From the NCBI GenBank assembly GCA_050084985.1, contig JBITNC010000001.1, forward strand, positions 42,966,001-43,030,000: 64,000 nt of DNA, read 5' to 3'. Numbering within the stretch: position 1 is the stretch's first letter; every line of letters starts with the position of its first letter. Origin of the DNA: Nageia nagi (taxonomy: Eukaryota; Plantae; Pinophyta). The notes beneath the pieces were generated by a model. It was given only the letters and a program-made list of their open reading frames with translations, had not been told where the DNA came from and made no database searches. Of the stretch, positions 14,170-28,578 are shown in pieces. A program made the position numbers and the translations under genes.

Positions 14170-16200
14170 AAAAAAAATTTCATGGAGTGAACCTAACCAA
14201 AATGTAACTAAATGAATAAAGTAACATGGTGAACAAGGGTAGAATGAAACCCAATCCTAAACCCCCAAGAGAATAGAGAAACATATTACTCCAAGAGAAA
14301 CCATTTGTAAAAGTAACCATTAGAGAAATCTTAGAGCCAAATTTTACAAAGGAAATGTATTACTATCCCTAAAACTATCACTAAAGCTGGAGAAAGCAAT
14401 TTACATAATGCTCTAGTTGGTAGATTTGTAGGAGTAAGATGCCTGATTGAAGTTATCAAAAGTTAGATTCAGGAAAAATGGAGCACCAAAGGAATAGTAT
14501 CTTTGATTGTTCTCCTTAAGGAATTCTTTCTTTTCAAATTTCAATTTGAGAAAGATATTTAGAAGGTGATAGAACTCGAACCATGGTTTCTTAGGAAAAA
14601 AGGGCTTGTTATCAAATGATAGGAAAACCACTTCACATAAGAATCAAAAAACTTTAATCTCATACCTACCTAGGATTCACTCTTGGGATTGCACCCATCC
14701 TATTGGCATTTTATTTTTATCGCCATAATAGCTAAGGCTATCAAAACACTGGTTACCATTGAGAGAGCAACATGACTAAGGCATAAACTAATAGATGCAA
14801 CATTTATAACCAACATCAACATCTCCAAACCTCTAAGAAAAGAAGTTGAAATTAAAATAGAATATGGAATAACCTAGATCCAACCGATATTCTATGAGAA
14901 TATCCTAGTGCAATGTGGAATCTATAAGAACCTCGACCACTATGCTAAATATGGCCCAGAAAAAGAGCTTGAGAGGAAGAAAGGAGGAATCAAACTAAGT
15001 AAATACAAAAAAATGAAGGAAATAAATGGAAAATGGTGTAAAAATGCAAAGGATGAAAGACTAAGATGAATGAAAATAAACACACAAATAAAACTCCTAT
15101 AAAAACCTTCAATAAACCTTGCCAAGTGAGCAAGGCTACATCCAACCCTTTAGCTACTAAAAACCCATACATTGTCCCAGGTATATTGTAAGGAATTGAT
15201 AGAGAGAACACTGAATATAATATTGACTTATCTTAAAACAAAGTAGTATATATGGAAGTAAATGAAGAAATAGAAGGATTAAAGGGTGAAGAAGAGATCA
15301 ATAGAGTGATTAAGAAAGCTAAAAAAAATAGATAGTCTTGCCATAACCATAGTTACACAATAGCAAAACATAGGTGCCGAAATACCATCTAGGAAATGCT
15401 AGGAAAACCCCTAATGTGGGGAAACCACACATTGGAAGACCATCTTCGGGTGAGGTGAGAAATTGAAGGACTAAATAGGATATTGCTAATGGGAAGCAAC
15501 ACACTCTAGAGTAGAATGGGGGGCAATTGGTCTCTACTACCCCTCAATGAAAATTCTATCATGGAACATCAAGGGATGCAATGCACTTGGAAAATAAAGA
15601 TCCTTTAAGGATATTTGGTATGACAAGAAGCCAAGTATGGTGTTGATACATGAATCTAAAGTTAAAGAGGATAGCATAATTGATACCAAAAGGAAGTTAT
15701 GGAAGGAGGACAACTTCAAATGGAAGAACTCACACAAAAATATAGAAGGATTAATGAATTTGTGGGATCCCAACATTATGAAACTTGGCAATCATCCCTG
15801 TATAAACCTCTCAACTAGATTTATTCACACTTTAGTTATCAACATTGAGCAAAATTTTGAATTTATCATAATGAATCTTTACGTCCCCAACAACTTAGTT
15901 GAAAGATGGAGAGTTTTTAAATTACTGACTGAGGATAGAAAATCAGTATTGAATATCCCATGGATCATTATGGGAGATTTTAACACAATTCTCCATCCTC
16001 ATGAAAAATCTAGAGGAGGTAGATAAAGAGAAAGTGATATGGATGATCTCAAAAGCTTCTTAAATAATAATAATTTAATCAATCTAGAGCTCACAAGTGT
16101 AGACTTCACATGGAACAATATGCAAGTAGATAATGATTTGATTCAAACTAAACTTGATCAGATAGTTTGCTCTCCTACATGGCTTGATAAAAATAATACA
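14170..16200 (+). pseudogene. L1-clade LINE 5' part: ORF1 (DUF4283-like plus zinc knuckle) and ORF2 APE endonuclease
   Basis: HNALVGRFVG, FFLFKF and LEPWF at 14400-14590; knuckle relic ~14910-14950; ORF2 start MKILSWNIKGCN at 15547; NLYVPN, WIIMGDFN, FTWNN. Confidence 0.85.
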
Positions 16201-17085
16201 TAAAATTAAAAATCAAGTTATTCTCCTCTACAATAGAGATATCATCATTGATACCAACATAACCAAAATGTCTACTTGATATTAATAATTTCATAATAAC
16301 TAATTACTTTATGGAAATGAATTATAGGGTGGAATTATTTCTCAACAAACTTGGAATAAAATTGAACAAATTCAAAAATAATTTATCCTTTATCATTTCA
16401 TAATTAAAAATAATATACCATATCATATACTTCTCATGGAAGTTGGGTTGCTTACTATTGAAAGTGAAGCCTTAAAATAATATATATAATACAATTATAA
16501 ACCTTTGAAGCTAGATCGACTTTGATTAATTGTATTCACCCAATAAAATTTTCCACCTCATCAACATATTAAAAGAGGTTGGTTGGAATATTTTGATAAA
16601 TGGCTCAATTAACCCCTTCAAATAATGACAAAATAGAAGTGCAAATTATAAATAAAATAATTCAAATATTTTGGAATGGTTATAACATTTAAGATAAAAT
16701 AAAATTATCTTATTATATAAATATCATTAATCCAAAACTTGAACATTCTTAATAACTACATAAGATTTTTAATTTCAAAAAGAAACTTGCAATTACAAAA
16801 TTAAGAACTAATTCACACAAACTTCATAGTAAAATTGGTAGATGGAAAATACAAAAATATCTTGGGATTAAATAATTTGTAAATTTTTTAACCTAAATAC
16901 CATAGAATATGAGACTCATTTTCCATTTTTCCCCACTCTACAAAAATATAAGAGAAACCTACAAAGGTATTTGTGATTATAACTTAATCCATGAATTCTT
17001 AAACCAAGATAATCAAAACAGGCTTGGAGATTTTATTAGATAACTTACTTATATGAGAAAACATCATTCAAATCATTAAATAATG
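16200..17085 (+). pseudogene. 3' end of an RTEX-like non-LTR retrotransposon
   Basis: GNEL*GGII..TWNKIEQIQK, PYHILLMEVGLLTIE, KLRTNSHKLHSKIGRWK and ICKF....IEYETHF resemble the C-terminal region of RTEX-type LINEs. Confidence 0.65.
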
Positions 17086-17399
17086 TATTTTATTTTTTTA
17101 TATGCATAAATTTTGTTAGGTTCTACAAACCTTTAGGTTAAAAAGGATAATAAAAGACTTAGCATATCATTATAATAATAGGTCCTATAAATACCTAAAT
17201 TTGAATACCAAACAAATGATTTAAAATTCTACCTAGCCCAATAAATATAATACTTATTTTTCTCATTCATTTGAGGTGATGCCAAGGAAATATGCATTCA
17301 AGTCCATGGATGAAGTTATGATAGGTGGGTAGCCACTCTACCTAGCTGAAGAACATTGCTACAATTCCACCACAACACTAGTGCCTAATAAAATCCCTT

Positions 17400-17950
17400 C
17401 TTTCTCCCAATATTCCTCTTCTTAGTCTTCTTTAACCTTACCTTCAAGAAAACCAAATTCCTTTATTCCCTCTACATTCTAACATATGATAAATCACACT
17501 CCATTAGGATCTTATGTCATCATAAATTCTATCAAATCTAACTTTATCTTAGGTATGCCCATAACAACTAAGATAATATCTATTGATTTAAATCCATAGT
17601 ATACATAAAATTCATTTAAATTTCTAAAATTGTAATAATATGTTTTCATTCCCTTCATATTATAATCCCTAATCTATTTTTATCTAGGTCTTATTATGCT
17701 TGTCAACAAAGACAACTCTTCCATGTATTGTAATTATTTTTCTAGACAAAATCATAATTATTCCTCAACCCAACAATTTTCAAATATTTGATATGATGTC
17801 CTTCTTTGAATAACTAAAACTCCAACATATTTAAGAGATAAATCATCTTAAATATTAACTTAAATATTAAAAGAAATCAATTAACTATTCCTCATTCACT
17901 CTTCTCTCATAACTCTATTGTATCCTTAGATTGAATTTTATCCTTTATTA
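17400..17950 (-). pseudogene. Possible LINE ORF2 fragment
   Basis: Minus-strand LKYVGV followed by ITIHGRVVFV, similar to KYLG...LS..GR..L; very degenerate. Confidence 0.3.
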
Positions 17951-18619
17951 ACATTAGGATAAGTATATTGGAGGTTGAGTTATGCATATAACTATATTAG
18001 CAAGTTTGTTCATTGGAATTTATTACAAGTTTGATATATCAAAGAAATACATACTGGAATAATTTGGTCCAAGCTTTTGAAAGTATCTATTGACTACTTA
18101 TTTTGATTCTCTTTGGTGTGCTTGCATAGCATTGTATGACTCTATATTTAAGGGGATTTGGTTAAATGTGTTAGTGCTAATTAGAGGTACTATTAGGAAT
18201 GGTGTTGGTGCATCAAATATTGAATTATTAGTGTTTGCATGTAGTATGACCAAGTTACATTGTATGAATATTGACAATGGCATATCGATTCATTAGATTA
18301 ATGAGGTAAGTGCAAGAAGATGAGTCGCAATGGAGGGGAAGTGTTATGCCTTAGAAAATTTTAGGTGGGACCAAGATCTTAGTTCTAAAGTACTAGGATC
18401 TTGGTTGGGTCAGGATATTGAGCCTAACTAGGATCCCAATGACTTGAGATATAGAACCAAGTCAAGATCATAGTGGGCCTAGGATCCCTATCCCTAACCA
18501 TAAAAACCTACAATCCCAACCCTTAAATTTAAATTTTCTACTCTCTCTTTTGGCTCAGATTTAGGTTTGATGATTTGACCATTAGCCTTGGACCTATAAC
18601 TTAAGCTCATAATAATCAT

Positions 18620-19330
18620 AATGGAAAATACCAATTTGGACATGTGTTTGACGGTTTTTTTACAATATTTTTTTATGAAAATTTGTAAGATTATATATGT
18701 GAGTATGCAAATTTTAAATATGTAATTTATTTATAATTAGATTATATTTTGTATTTTGTAGTTAATTTTTAAGTAAATTGGTCCATAAAATTTAAAAAAT
18801 AGGTTTTCGTATTTATTTAACAAATTTTATTTTTTTGGAATTTTGAAAAAAATATATGACAATAATCTATAAATAATTCTTCATAAGGTTAAAAAAAATT
18901 AAAATGATAAGTTTAGGTCAAATTATGCTTAATGAACATGAGCAATTTTGGAAACGATAATTAGGGCTAATAAAAAATTAATAAAAATAAATATTCTTGA
19001 AAAATTATAGAACAATATCCTCAATAATATTTAGTGTCTTAGGTATATTTTCCCAAATGGATTTAGAAATCTATTTTGGGTATGTCCTAAAATAGTATTT
19101 TTAAATAGTGGTTTTTATTCATGCCCATAAAAAAGAAATTTATATCATCTGGGTCTTGGAATAAATTACATATTTGAAAACTAGACTTCAAGCACTACAT
19201 TTTTACCAAAGTGACCTTTTCCAAGATTTGGACTCTAAGTGCTTCAAATTTTGAGATTAATTATGACCAAACCTAAAAAGCAAGGAAAACACTTCCACTT
19301 TTTGGCCATTTCTGGGACCCATCTTCTTGC
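18620..19330. mobile_element. Probable non-coding DNA-transposon (MULE/MITE-like) segment
   Basis: AT-rich non-coding block with gaaaactagac...tacatttt-type sequence resembling plant TIR elements. No TIR pair or TSD verified. Confidence 0.25.
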
Positions 19331-19859
19331 ACTTAACCGACTCTTGTACTGAGTGCCTAAAACATATTATTTATGTAGTATGACCATGTTAACTCTCTTG
19401 ATACCTTCCCACTTAGCTCTAGGACTAGATCAATGAAAAAGTCTATGGAAAAGAAAAAATGTAGCTCCAAGAAGAAAAAGAAGGATCATAGGAGCAAACA
19501 ACTAAAGGATGCAATGACCAACATCAAGTAGGATAGTAGAATTGAGACTTTAGGAGTTATAATGCAAATAGAAGAACTATAGGACTACTTAGATAATAGC
19601 TTCAAGTTTGGTGAAATATCTAAATAATTTTATTTGATGTACTCTATTTTTATATGTTCAAGTATGCTACTTTCTATGTATTTCTCAAATATATCACTAA
19701 AACTATTATAGATATATAATATTGTATTTTAATTATAATTAACTAATAAATAATTATCTAAATATGCTAAAACAATATAATGGTAATGAAAACATAAACA
19801 AAGATATAAAGTACAAATTTGATTAATGATTCTTATTTAAAGATTAATAATGTTGTAAT

Positions 19860-21930
19860 TTAGTCAAGATGGAGATTTGAATACCTACTTATCTTGCTTA
19901 CCTATTATAGATGAATGAATACCATGTATATATGGTAGATAATCTAATGAAGATGCCCTAGCAATATAAATGACTTTATCAATAGGAAAAGGATCATTGG
20001 TAGCCTATTAAGATTTCAACAACAAATGTTGGTGTTCCTCTTGTTGATGAACCATATCCATAACAAAGTCTCAATGATCATTTATACCTACAAGGATGTT
20101 AGTAGTGTATGTAATAATCATAGATAGCTCACATAAGATAGTAGAGTATTCATATTCTAATCTTGATAGGTGGAATTATGAGACATCATAAAAAAGTATG
20201 TAGTATCACCATCAAATACAATAATATATTTTTCCCCAAATCTTTGATAGTGGAATTATGTTGTTTACCATTATATAGGTGCATTGCCTCCTAAACCCAC
20301 TACTTGGGTCATATATTACCTAAATAAAATAAATGCATTAGTCTATTACTTGATGATAATCTCAAGAATAATATTAATAATAATTAATCATTATTGATAT
20401 CTAAAATTATATTTTAAATAAATATAAAATCAAATTAAGCTAATTTTTCATTGTATAAACATGTTTTAGGATTTTGTATAAAAAAACCTATTTTTTAAAC
20501 CACTCAAAAAAATTAGATATAACACAATAATATATCACATCCATTGTTAAGATCTAGATATAAAAATAAGTTACCTAGAAAGGTAAAAGTTATGAATTTT
20601 TATTTCAATAAATGAATCAAATATCTTTTAAATTAGAAAAAAAAAATGATGTAACATATGAATAGTATTAAAATGTTAAGAATAGTAATATTAATAATAG
20701 ATCAAAGGTAATACCTAATCAAATATACTATATGTTAGATATGTTAATAATTAAAGATAACAAATGGATATTTGAATAATTAAAGATGATAAGAAGTGTA
20801 TATTAGTTATTATAATGACATCAAATTTTTATTTCACCTTGCATTTGCCAAGTTATAATGGGGTAGAATAATTTACAGTAGGATATACAATATTGAAGCA
20901 TGGTACTTTGAAAACATTGTCTCTTGCAAAATAGGTAGTTATCTATTTTCTTCTTCTTTGTAAAGTCATATAGAAAAATAAATATTAACTTATCCTCTTA
21001 AGATATTAAATGATTGAAATGGATGGAATGTTGATGTCAACCAAATAATTTTTCATTCTCTTAAATAGTTATGTAGTGTTCCATCTATTCCTAATACCTA
21101 ACAAAGCTAGAAATTTCAAACCCATTTTTTTTAAATATTTGACACTCATAATGAATTATAATTGGACAAACGAGATCCACATGATCATATATGAATTGCT
21201 AGCTAGACAACACCCATATGGGAAAGAGTGAACAAATTCAGATCAATCAATCCCACATGAAAATATCTACAGTTCACTCTCCTAATACTCATCTTATTAA
21301 AGAGATGCTAATTTTGTAACCCCTTCATTCCCAACCGTGTCACCCATAATATGATCATTTTGGTCATAGTTCCAAGATTATTTATCATAATCCAATGAAT
21401 AGCCCTCCATATCAAAAGATACATATTATTCACCATCATTCGATGAATAATATTCCATATCAAATGATTTGGGTATAGCATAATTGCCTTGATACCCTCT
21501 ATAGATTTCCTCTACATGGGATTATGGAAACTAGACTTCACCAGATATTTTTACCTCATTCCTACCCACCTTAGATCTATAATACCAACTTTCATTATGT
21601 AGGTATTATACTTAAAATATACTCTTCTATTCTCATCTCACTTGATAGTTTCTTCATATTGCTTTTATCTTTTTTAACATAGAAAAGTCTCTTCCTCAAT
21701 TTATTTTCTTTTTGAATCTTATTGATTGGTTTTTTACAGGCATGTTTTATAATTCATCTTGTTCATGAAATCGACCATTTCTTCCTTTTTCAAATTCAAG
21801 TAAACTACATCCAAGTATCTTTTGATTCCATCTGACCATCGAACTCCCTATTTTGTAAATGTCTTGAAAACAAAATTATTGACTGATGGAATCGGTTAGT
21901 TGAGTTTTTATCTACAACCGAAAGTTGATG
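19860..21930 (-). pseudogene. hAT (Ac-like) transposase relic with one putative intron (20320-20837)
   Basis: Minus-strand motifs in the expected order: SRHLQ (BED-finger-like), IW*S, FHV..., NRWNTT (RWNST), YPTVNY, then after AAG|GTGAAA...ATTTAG| VIYDP (ILDPR) and a weak dimerisation-domain relic. Confidence 0.55.
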
Positions 21931-22299
21931 AACAAATAGAAAGAAAAAATAGAAATAAAATGAGAAAGTAATTGCACCATAAAAAAAGGGTCTGATTTTT
22001 ATTAATATAAATATGAAGTACAATTAATTACACTTATCATTCGATCATTATACCACATCTCTAACTCTCTTAGCTTTCACTAACCCTAACTTCTGTTTCA
22101 ACCCTCTTCTTAACAACTTCCTTGGGTCATTCAGAGGAGTCTATTATTTATACTAGAGAGGCTTCCATTTATTACAACTAAATTTATTTGATCATTAGAA
22201 ACTAATATTTAATTTTAACTTAATTTTGTACTTAAATTAATAAAAATTCTCTCATTTTCACGGATCCCAAGAAAAACTTCTAAAACTCTTGAACAGATG

Positions 22300-23680
22300 C
22301 AATCATTACAAAATATTAAGCACTCTTCCAGCAGATATTAACATGGCTAGCTTTTTACCAACCATGTGCCACCATAAGAGCTTTAGCAATGCAAGGCCCA
22401 TGAATCATTTAATATAATGACTCATCAAAATACAGCCTTACTGACTACAATGATCAGTGGACATAATAATAGGAGTTAGACACTTTAAGCAAGTGTACTG
22501 TCAGATGTAAAGCTAAACAATGTAATCTTTATCAACTTATTTCAAATATGTGTTACCCTGGGAGCTCTAGAATATGACATAATGTAGTAATTAAATGATA
22601 TGTAATTTATAACTATAATAGATGTACGGTATCATGAAGTGTAGGAAGTTTAGAATATCAAGTTTTGGGTACAGTGAGGATTTGCAAATCCTAGCTACAG
22701 TGCATATTCTTCTTAACTCTAAAATTCGATAAGTAGATATCCTGAGAATACCTTATATGATGTAATTGTTAACATTGGAACCCCTTAGTAAATAATTTCT
22801 CAGGCCTGATTATCTATGACATTATCCAAGACTCATAATAGTCCCGAGAAGACATGTATTCATGATAGTGGAATCCTAAGAATCGTTTGATAAAATACAT
22901 AATACAGAATGTTATTTTAGGAATGTCATAATCACAGGATGCACAAGATGGATACCATACAAAGGTTGGGAATGGTTTGACAGAATGCCTCATCGAAACA
23001 CAGTTTTGAGGGATATAATAATCATATGATATAAAGCTAAACTATGAAGCCTTTTCCAGTATTCTACCAGCATATCCCACCATAAGAGTGCAAAATGAAG
23101 GTATGAAAATCTAGAAAGCAAAGAGGCTTTGAAATTTAATGAAAGAGAGTTCATAAAACTTGAATTGGGAGAGTTGAGGTATTTATTTAGTGTCTAGAGA
23201 TTACATTTAAAATTGGTATGGTTATTCAAAGAGTAAATACATGAAGAAGACACCTGACATTTAGTTGGATTGAAGGCAATAAAGCGATAGGTGGTTCTTA
23301 TAGGAGACAAATCACACCCACGAATATAGTGCGTCTATGTGAATTTTAGGAAATTATCTAGTGAGAGCAAAGTAGTGATGTATATTCTAAATAAAATATC
23401 GATGTTGCATGATATGGAGATCGCTAATAAAGAATTGTTTCTCTTCCAACATAGCCAAAGTTGGTAATTACATCCAATTAGTAAAGGCCTCCTTGATACT
23501 ATTATTTGAGCTGCAGAGAACCTTCATGTGTGCATTTATTATCATATCATAATTGATTTTATCTCCCATGTTATTGCACATTATGGTTGACACTTGATAG
23601 CTTTCAAAGTTTCTGAATATATATCATGAGCAGTAGTTCCAAAACTCTCAATAGCCGAAGACCAAAAAATGAGGGCCTAG
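22300..23680 (+). pseudogene. Highly divergent, internally deleted copia pol relic
   Basis: Eroded KAKQC.FI (~22510), YKG/ARL..EG..Y.E.F (~22955-23060), ELGELRYL (~23160) and RNase H-like ~23520-23600. Confidence 0.4.
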
Positions 23681-25094
23681 TACTGTGAAATACTGTGAGA
23701 TAACTAAAGATTGAGGTCCCAACGATAAAGGCGGTAAAAGTACAACATCATCAATATTCTAAATCTCAATTTAGACTTATTTGTAGACCTTCCAAAGTTA
23801 TGATAGCAGTAAGTGAAAGTTTTACTCCTAGCAGTACTATGAAATGATAATCGTGATCCTGCTTGATATGCAAGGTTCCCATATTGGAAGATCATTCATT
23901 CGGAGATGCTCACAAGGAGATTACATATGTAGGAGATGCAGTTTCACTATTGAACAAAGTCATTAGTTTAGAGATGAAGGTTACTCATGAAGAGAAGAGT
24001 TTGATTCAAGGAAATCATGCATGAAGCAGGAAGGGGGGCGCTCTGGTATCCTGAAAGTGATCTCATACAACAGTTTAGTTTATTGAAAGTTAATATCTTA
24101 TTGTAAAATAGCATGATTTCCTATTTCTATAGTAGGACTAGATGTAGTGTATCAGTAGGAGTAGTTTAGGATTAGTTATTTATTTTCAAGTAATAGGCTT
24201 ATCTATTATACATAATGATCCTAACAATGTAAAAGAGTGGGTTTTTTATTACTTCGCAATTGCTTTTTATTAATAAAAGAATATTTATGATGATCTAAAT
24301 TGAGTATGGATATATTTTCGTTTTTGTCTCAATGCTTGTGATTTTTTATTCTTAAATGGTTGAATGTGGCATATTCTTTCTATGTTTTGAAGGATGGTAA
24401 TTGAGGTGTTAGTGGTTGTTAAGCCTTGCTCTCTCATTGTAGATGGATTATCTTATTTGAACTTGATGTTGTGAGATGGGTGTCCTTCCCATGTTTCTGA
24501 TTTGATCCATTAGAAGCCTAGGTTTGCCCCATGCTTCTCCATTTTCTATATCTTTCTTGTATCCATACACTTCTTTAAGTATCAAACTCTTTATGATGTC
24601 TATTTTCCTCTATCTCTTATATATTTTGATCCTGACCTGGAGACTCTCCATGTTGATCAGAGTAGACACCAACCTGTAAAATTGAATTTTGGACCTTGTC
24701 CATCCAATGTTATTCACATGGTTTTGACTTGGCACATCTTGCATCATGAGATAAACAATAACCATACTCTTTAGTAAATTCACTTCTAAGAAGAAAAAAA
24801 TAGTAAATAGTAAATTTATGTATTCTTTCAATAGATACAATGTAACTTAAATTTAAATAAATTTAACAAAATAAAAATAATACTATACAAATTAAATTCT
24901 ACACATGAAGATGCCTTCCTGAAAGAAAAATTATAATAAAATACATTAACATTTCATACTAAAATCTTATGAGATACACCTATTACAATGTTCGCATTGT
25001 ATTGAAGAGATAGATTAAATAAAAATTAGGTTACCATCGCTAAACTAAAATAATATCTGAAATGCTTCAAAAATTCATTAATGTGTGCAAGAGG

Positions 25095-26120
25095 AGATGA
25101 AGTCATTTTCCTTCTGTGTGATAAACCCTTAACTCACTTGGCTATTACCTTCTTGTTCTTATTTGCTTGTATTTTCTCAATTTTTTGCCATTTCATAAAT
25201 GATTATTACATCCACAATAAAAAAATTTACACAATACGTGTATAGTTGACCTTCTTAGTCATGTTGGGTATCTAGATGGAGCAAAAGATAAATAGCATGT
25301 TAATAAAACTTGATCATTATAGTGTAGAGTTATTTACTTAGTACCTTGACTAGTTTGTAGGTAATGGTGATGGATTCATTTGTCTTATGTTCAATAAACC
25401 CTTAATTTTCCTTATTCTCACCTTCCTCTTCTTTTTTGTTTGTATTTTCTCATTTTATTGTTAATTCATGAAGTATTATTATATCAACAATGAATGAAAT
25501 TACACAATACATGTATCATTAATATTTCTATCCATGCTAGGTATCTAGATGAAGTAAAAGACTCTATAGGTAGCATGCCAATATAACTTGATTGTTGTAA
25601 TGTGGATTTGTTTGCATAGTACCTTAACCAATTTGTAATAAATGATGATGGAGTCATTTTTCTTGCAATGAAATCACCTCCTCTCTCACCTTCCTTTCCT
25701 TGATTTCTTGTATGGTATTTTGTTGGATCTTCCTTAGTAGCTTGACTAGTTTGCAAGTAATGGTGATATATTGGTTTGCCTTGTGCATTATAAAGTACCC
25801 TTAACTCACTTACTTCTTACCTTCCTCTTCTTGTGTTCTTGGATTTTTGTTAATTCATTAATGATTATTACATCCACAATGAATAGAATTATACAATAAA
25901 TGTATGGTTGACATTCTTGGTCGTGTTGGGCATTTAGATGAAGTAATAAGACTTTATAAATAGCATGTTAATAAAACCTTATTATTGTAGTATAGAGTTT
26001 TTGTATAGTATCTTGAGTAGTTTGTAGGCAATTTTGATGGATTTATTTTCCTTTCAGTGATAAGTCCTAACTCACATCCTCTCTCACCTTCTTCATCTTA
26101 TTTACTTGTATATTATTTTT
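25095..26120. repeat. Degenerate ~270-290 bp tandem repeat, 3 full plus 2 partial units
   Basis: Recurring blocks cccttaactcactt..., gattattacatccacaat, gtatctagatg(g/a)ag and tagtaccttgactagtttgtagg. Confidence 0.8.
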
Positions 26121-28578
26121 TTGGGTTTTATTGTTGACCTATGTTATTTTATCTGTAACATGTGTTGTGTCATTATTATCTATTAGTGTAGTTCAAAATC
26201 ACCATTTAAAATTATCATCTATAATGATATATAAGGGAGATTTTAAATTTCCCATAAAAACTACTATCTATTGTAACTATGATGGAGGTATAAATGTGCC
26301 ATAAAAAAGAATTATAAAGAAAATCATCCTTAAATCTTAATTTTGGTATAGTCGGCCCTTCCATTGCATAAGTACTATGATGGTTTAATTGTGTATTAAA
26401 TGCAAGCATTATTCTAGGATTATTTTTATTTCTATCTTGATCAAGCCTTCATCTATGAGTTTTGGGAGAGGTTTTTATTCTTACATATTCTATCCAAGTT
26501 TTTTTTTGAGGTAGAAGACATGAAAAATTAGGTGAATTTTTGAAGAAGTCAGTAATTCCAAGTTATAAGAAATCTTTTCAACTTGTTGAATAATCTTAAA
26601 GGATCCATGAAATCTTTGTGCTAAATATTTTTGCTTGAAGCTTCCATAATATTTGCTTATATGGTTGTAGTATGAGGAAAACTATGTCTACCACTAAATG
26701 AATATACATTCAAATCTCTTTTGATTAACTTAGTACTTCATTCTATCTTGTATTGCTACCAAGTTCTTCTTTAATGTTTGGAGTATTTGATCTCGTTAGG
26801 TAATTATATAATCTATTATTTATATATGAAATGTCCCACCTATATATGAAATAAGAGATAGTGGGGGTTTCCCATAAACTTCATATGGAGAGAGATTTAT
26901 TATAGAATAATAAGAATTAGTATATGAATATTTTCCTAAACATAATGACTTAATCCATTATGTTGAATTCTCTATTATGAAATAATATAGATATGTTTCT
27001 AAATATTTATTTAATATTTTGGTTTATCTATATATTTATTAATTATAAGAAGAGCTCATTTCCAATCCCTTACAACTTGAACAATTTCCAGTGTAGAATT
27101 TACTTGTAAATATTAGATTACGATCACTAATAATAGATTTAGGCATCTCATGGAGATCAAATATTGAGTCAAAAAATATTTGAGCAACTATAGAAGCAAT
27201 AAATAGATGAAGAAAATATAAAATTATGCAAATTTTAATAACTAATCCATAACTACTAAAATTACTAACTTTCCTACTAACTTAGATAGTACCTTTATAA
27301 ATTCCTTTGAAATTTGTCTAATTTTGAATAAGAATTGGTAAAGGATACAACAATATTGGTGACTTAAAATTCTTTGGCTTGACCATCTGATAAATTCCAT
27401 ATTCTACCATAAAGGTTCTCATATCCTTCTTCATCATTTTCTATAAAAAAAAATATTTTATCCTTTGATATCTTTTTGTAAATCATGATTATGCTTCCAT
27501 ACGGATAAGTGCAATTCTTTAATGAACTTACTTCATAATTCTAAATTCTCTAGGAGGATTATTCTACCCATATACTTCAATATGCTACTATCTTACTCAT
27601 AATATTTATGATCCTTATTTGAAGTTTTAATATCTTTAATGAGGAGGATTTGTAACTTTTATTCTTGTATATTATTTTACTTCATGAATCCATGCAGTTT
27701 GAGGAACTAAAATAGCATGTAATATGGGATCCACTTCTTATTGACTAGAAAGAGAATAAGTGACTATGATTTCTTTCTCTTTTTTATAGATAATTTTGTA
27801 ATCATGTGCTAGCAATTTGTATACCCATTTTTTATACTATGAGAATAAAACACTTTGCTCTAAGAAATATTTCAAACTATGGTGATTTATCTTGTTAAAG
27901 AACTTACACCCTGGTGAGTAAGGTCTCCATTGTTTTTCTACTTTTAAGATAACCATTATTTAATTTTTATATGTGGATTTACCCAAATTCTTCCCATAGA
28001 GTTCCTTTCTCATCAATGAAATTGGTCATCCTTCTTGCATTAGTGCAATCCAAATGTTATTTTCTAATGCATTAATTTATATCATAAATCATTTAGAAAA
28101 ATATAGACTAGCAAGTATAGGTGTTATATTCATTGCCTTATTAAATGTATTAAAGGATTTTTTTGTAATCTTATGCCACAAAAATAAATTATTCCTAAAA
28201 ATTGATGTTAGTGGGACCACAATTTTCCCATATTTATGAATAAATTTCTTGTAGTATCTAGTGAAACCTAAAAACCCACAAAGGCTCTTCAAGGTTTTGG
28301 GATTTGGCTAGTTAACCATATCTTCAATTTTCCTTCTATCCACCTTTATTCATTTCAATAAATGTGTCCTATATACTCTACTTTAATGATTCTAAATTAT
28401 TCACTTTGATTATTTGATATATAAGTTATTTTTTTCAATAATTCTAAGACAAATTTCAAATACCACAAATGATCTTCTATCATCTTGTTGTAGATCAAAA
28501 TATCATCAAAGAATATCAAAATGAACTTGCATAAGAATGGTCTAAAGATATCATTCATGAGGATTTAGAATATTAATA

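Noticed and set aside
21940-22270. Possible solo LTR
   Set aside because: No TG...CA ends or TSD found; better explained as the hAT promoter and leader.
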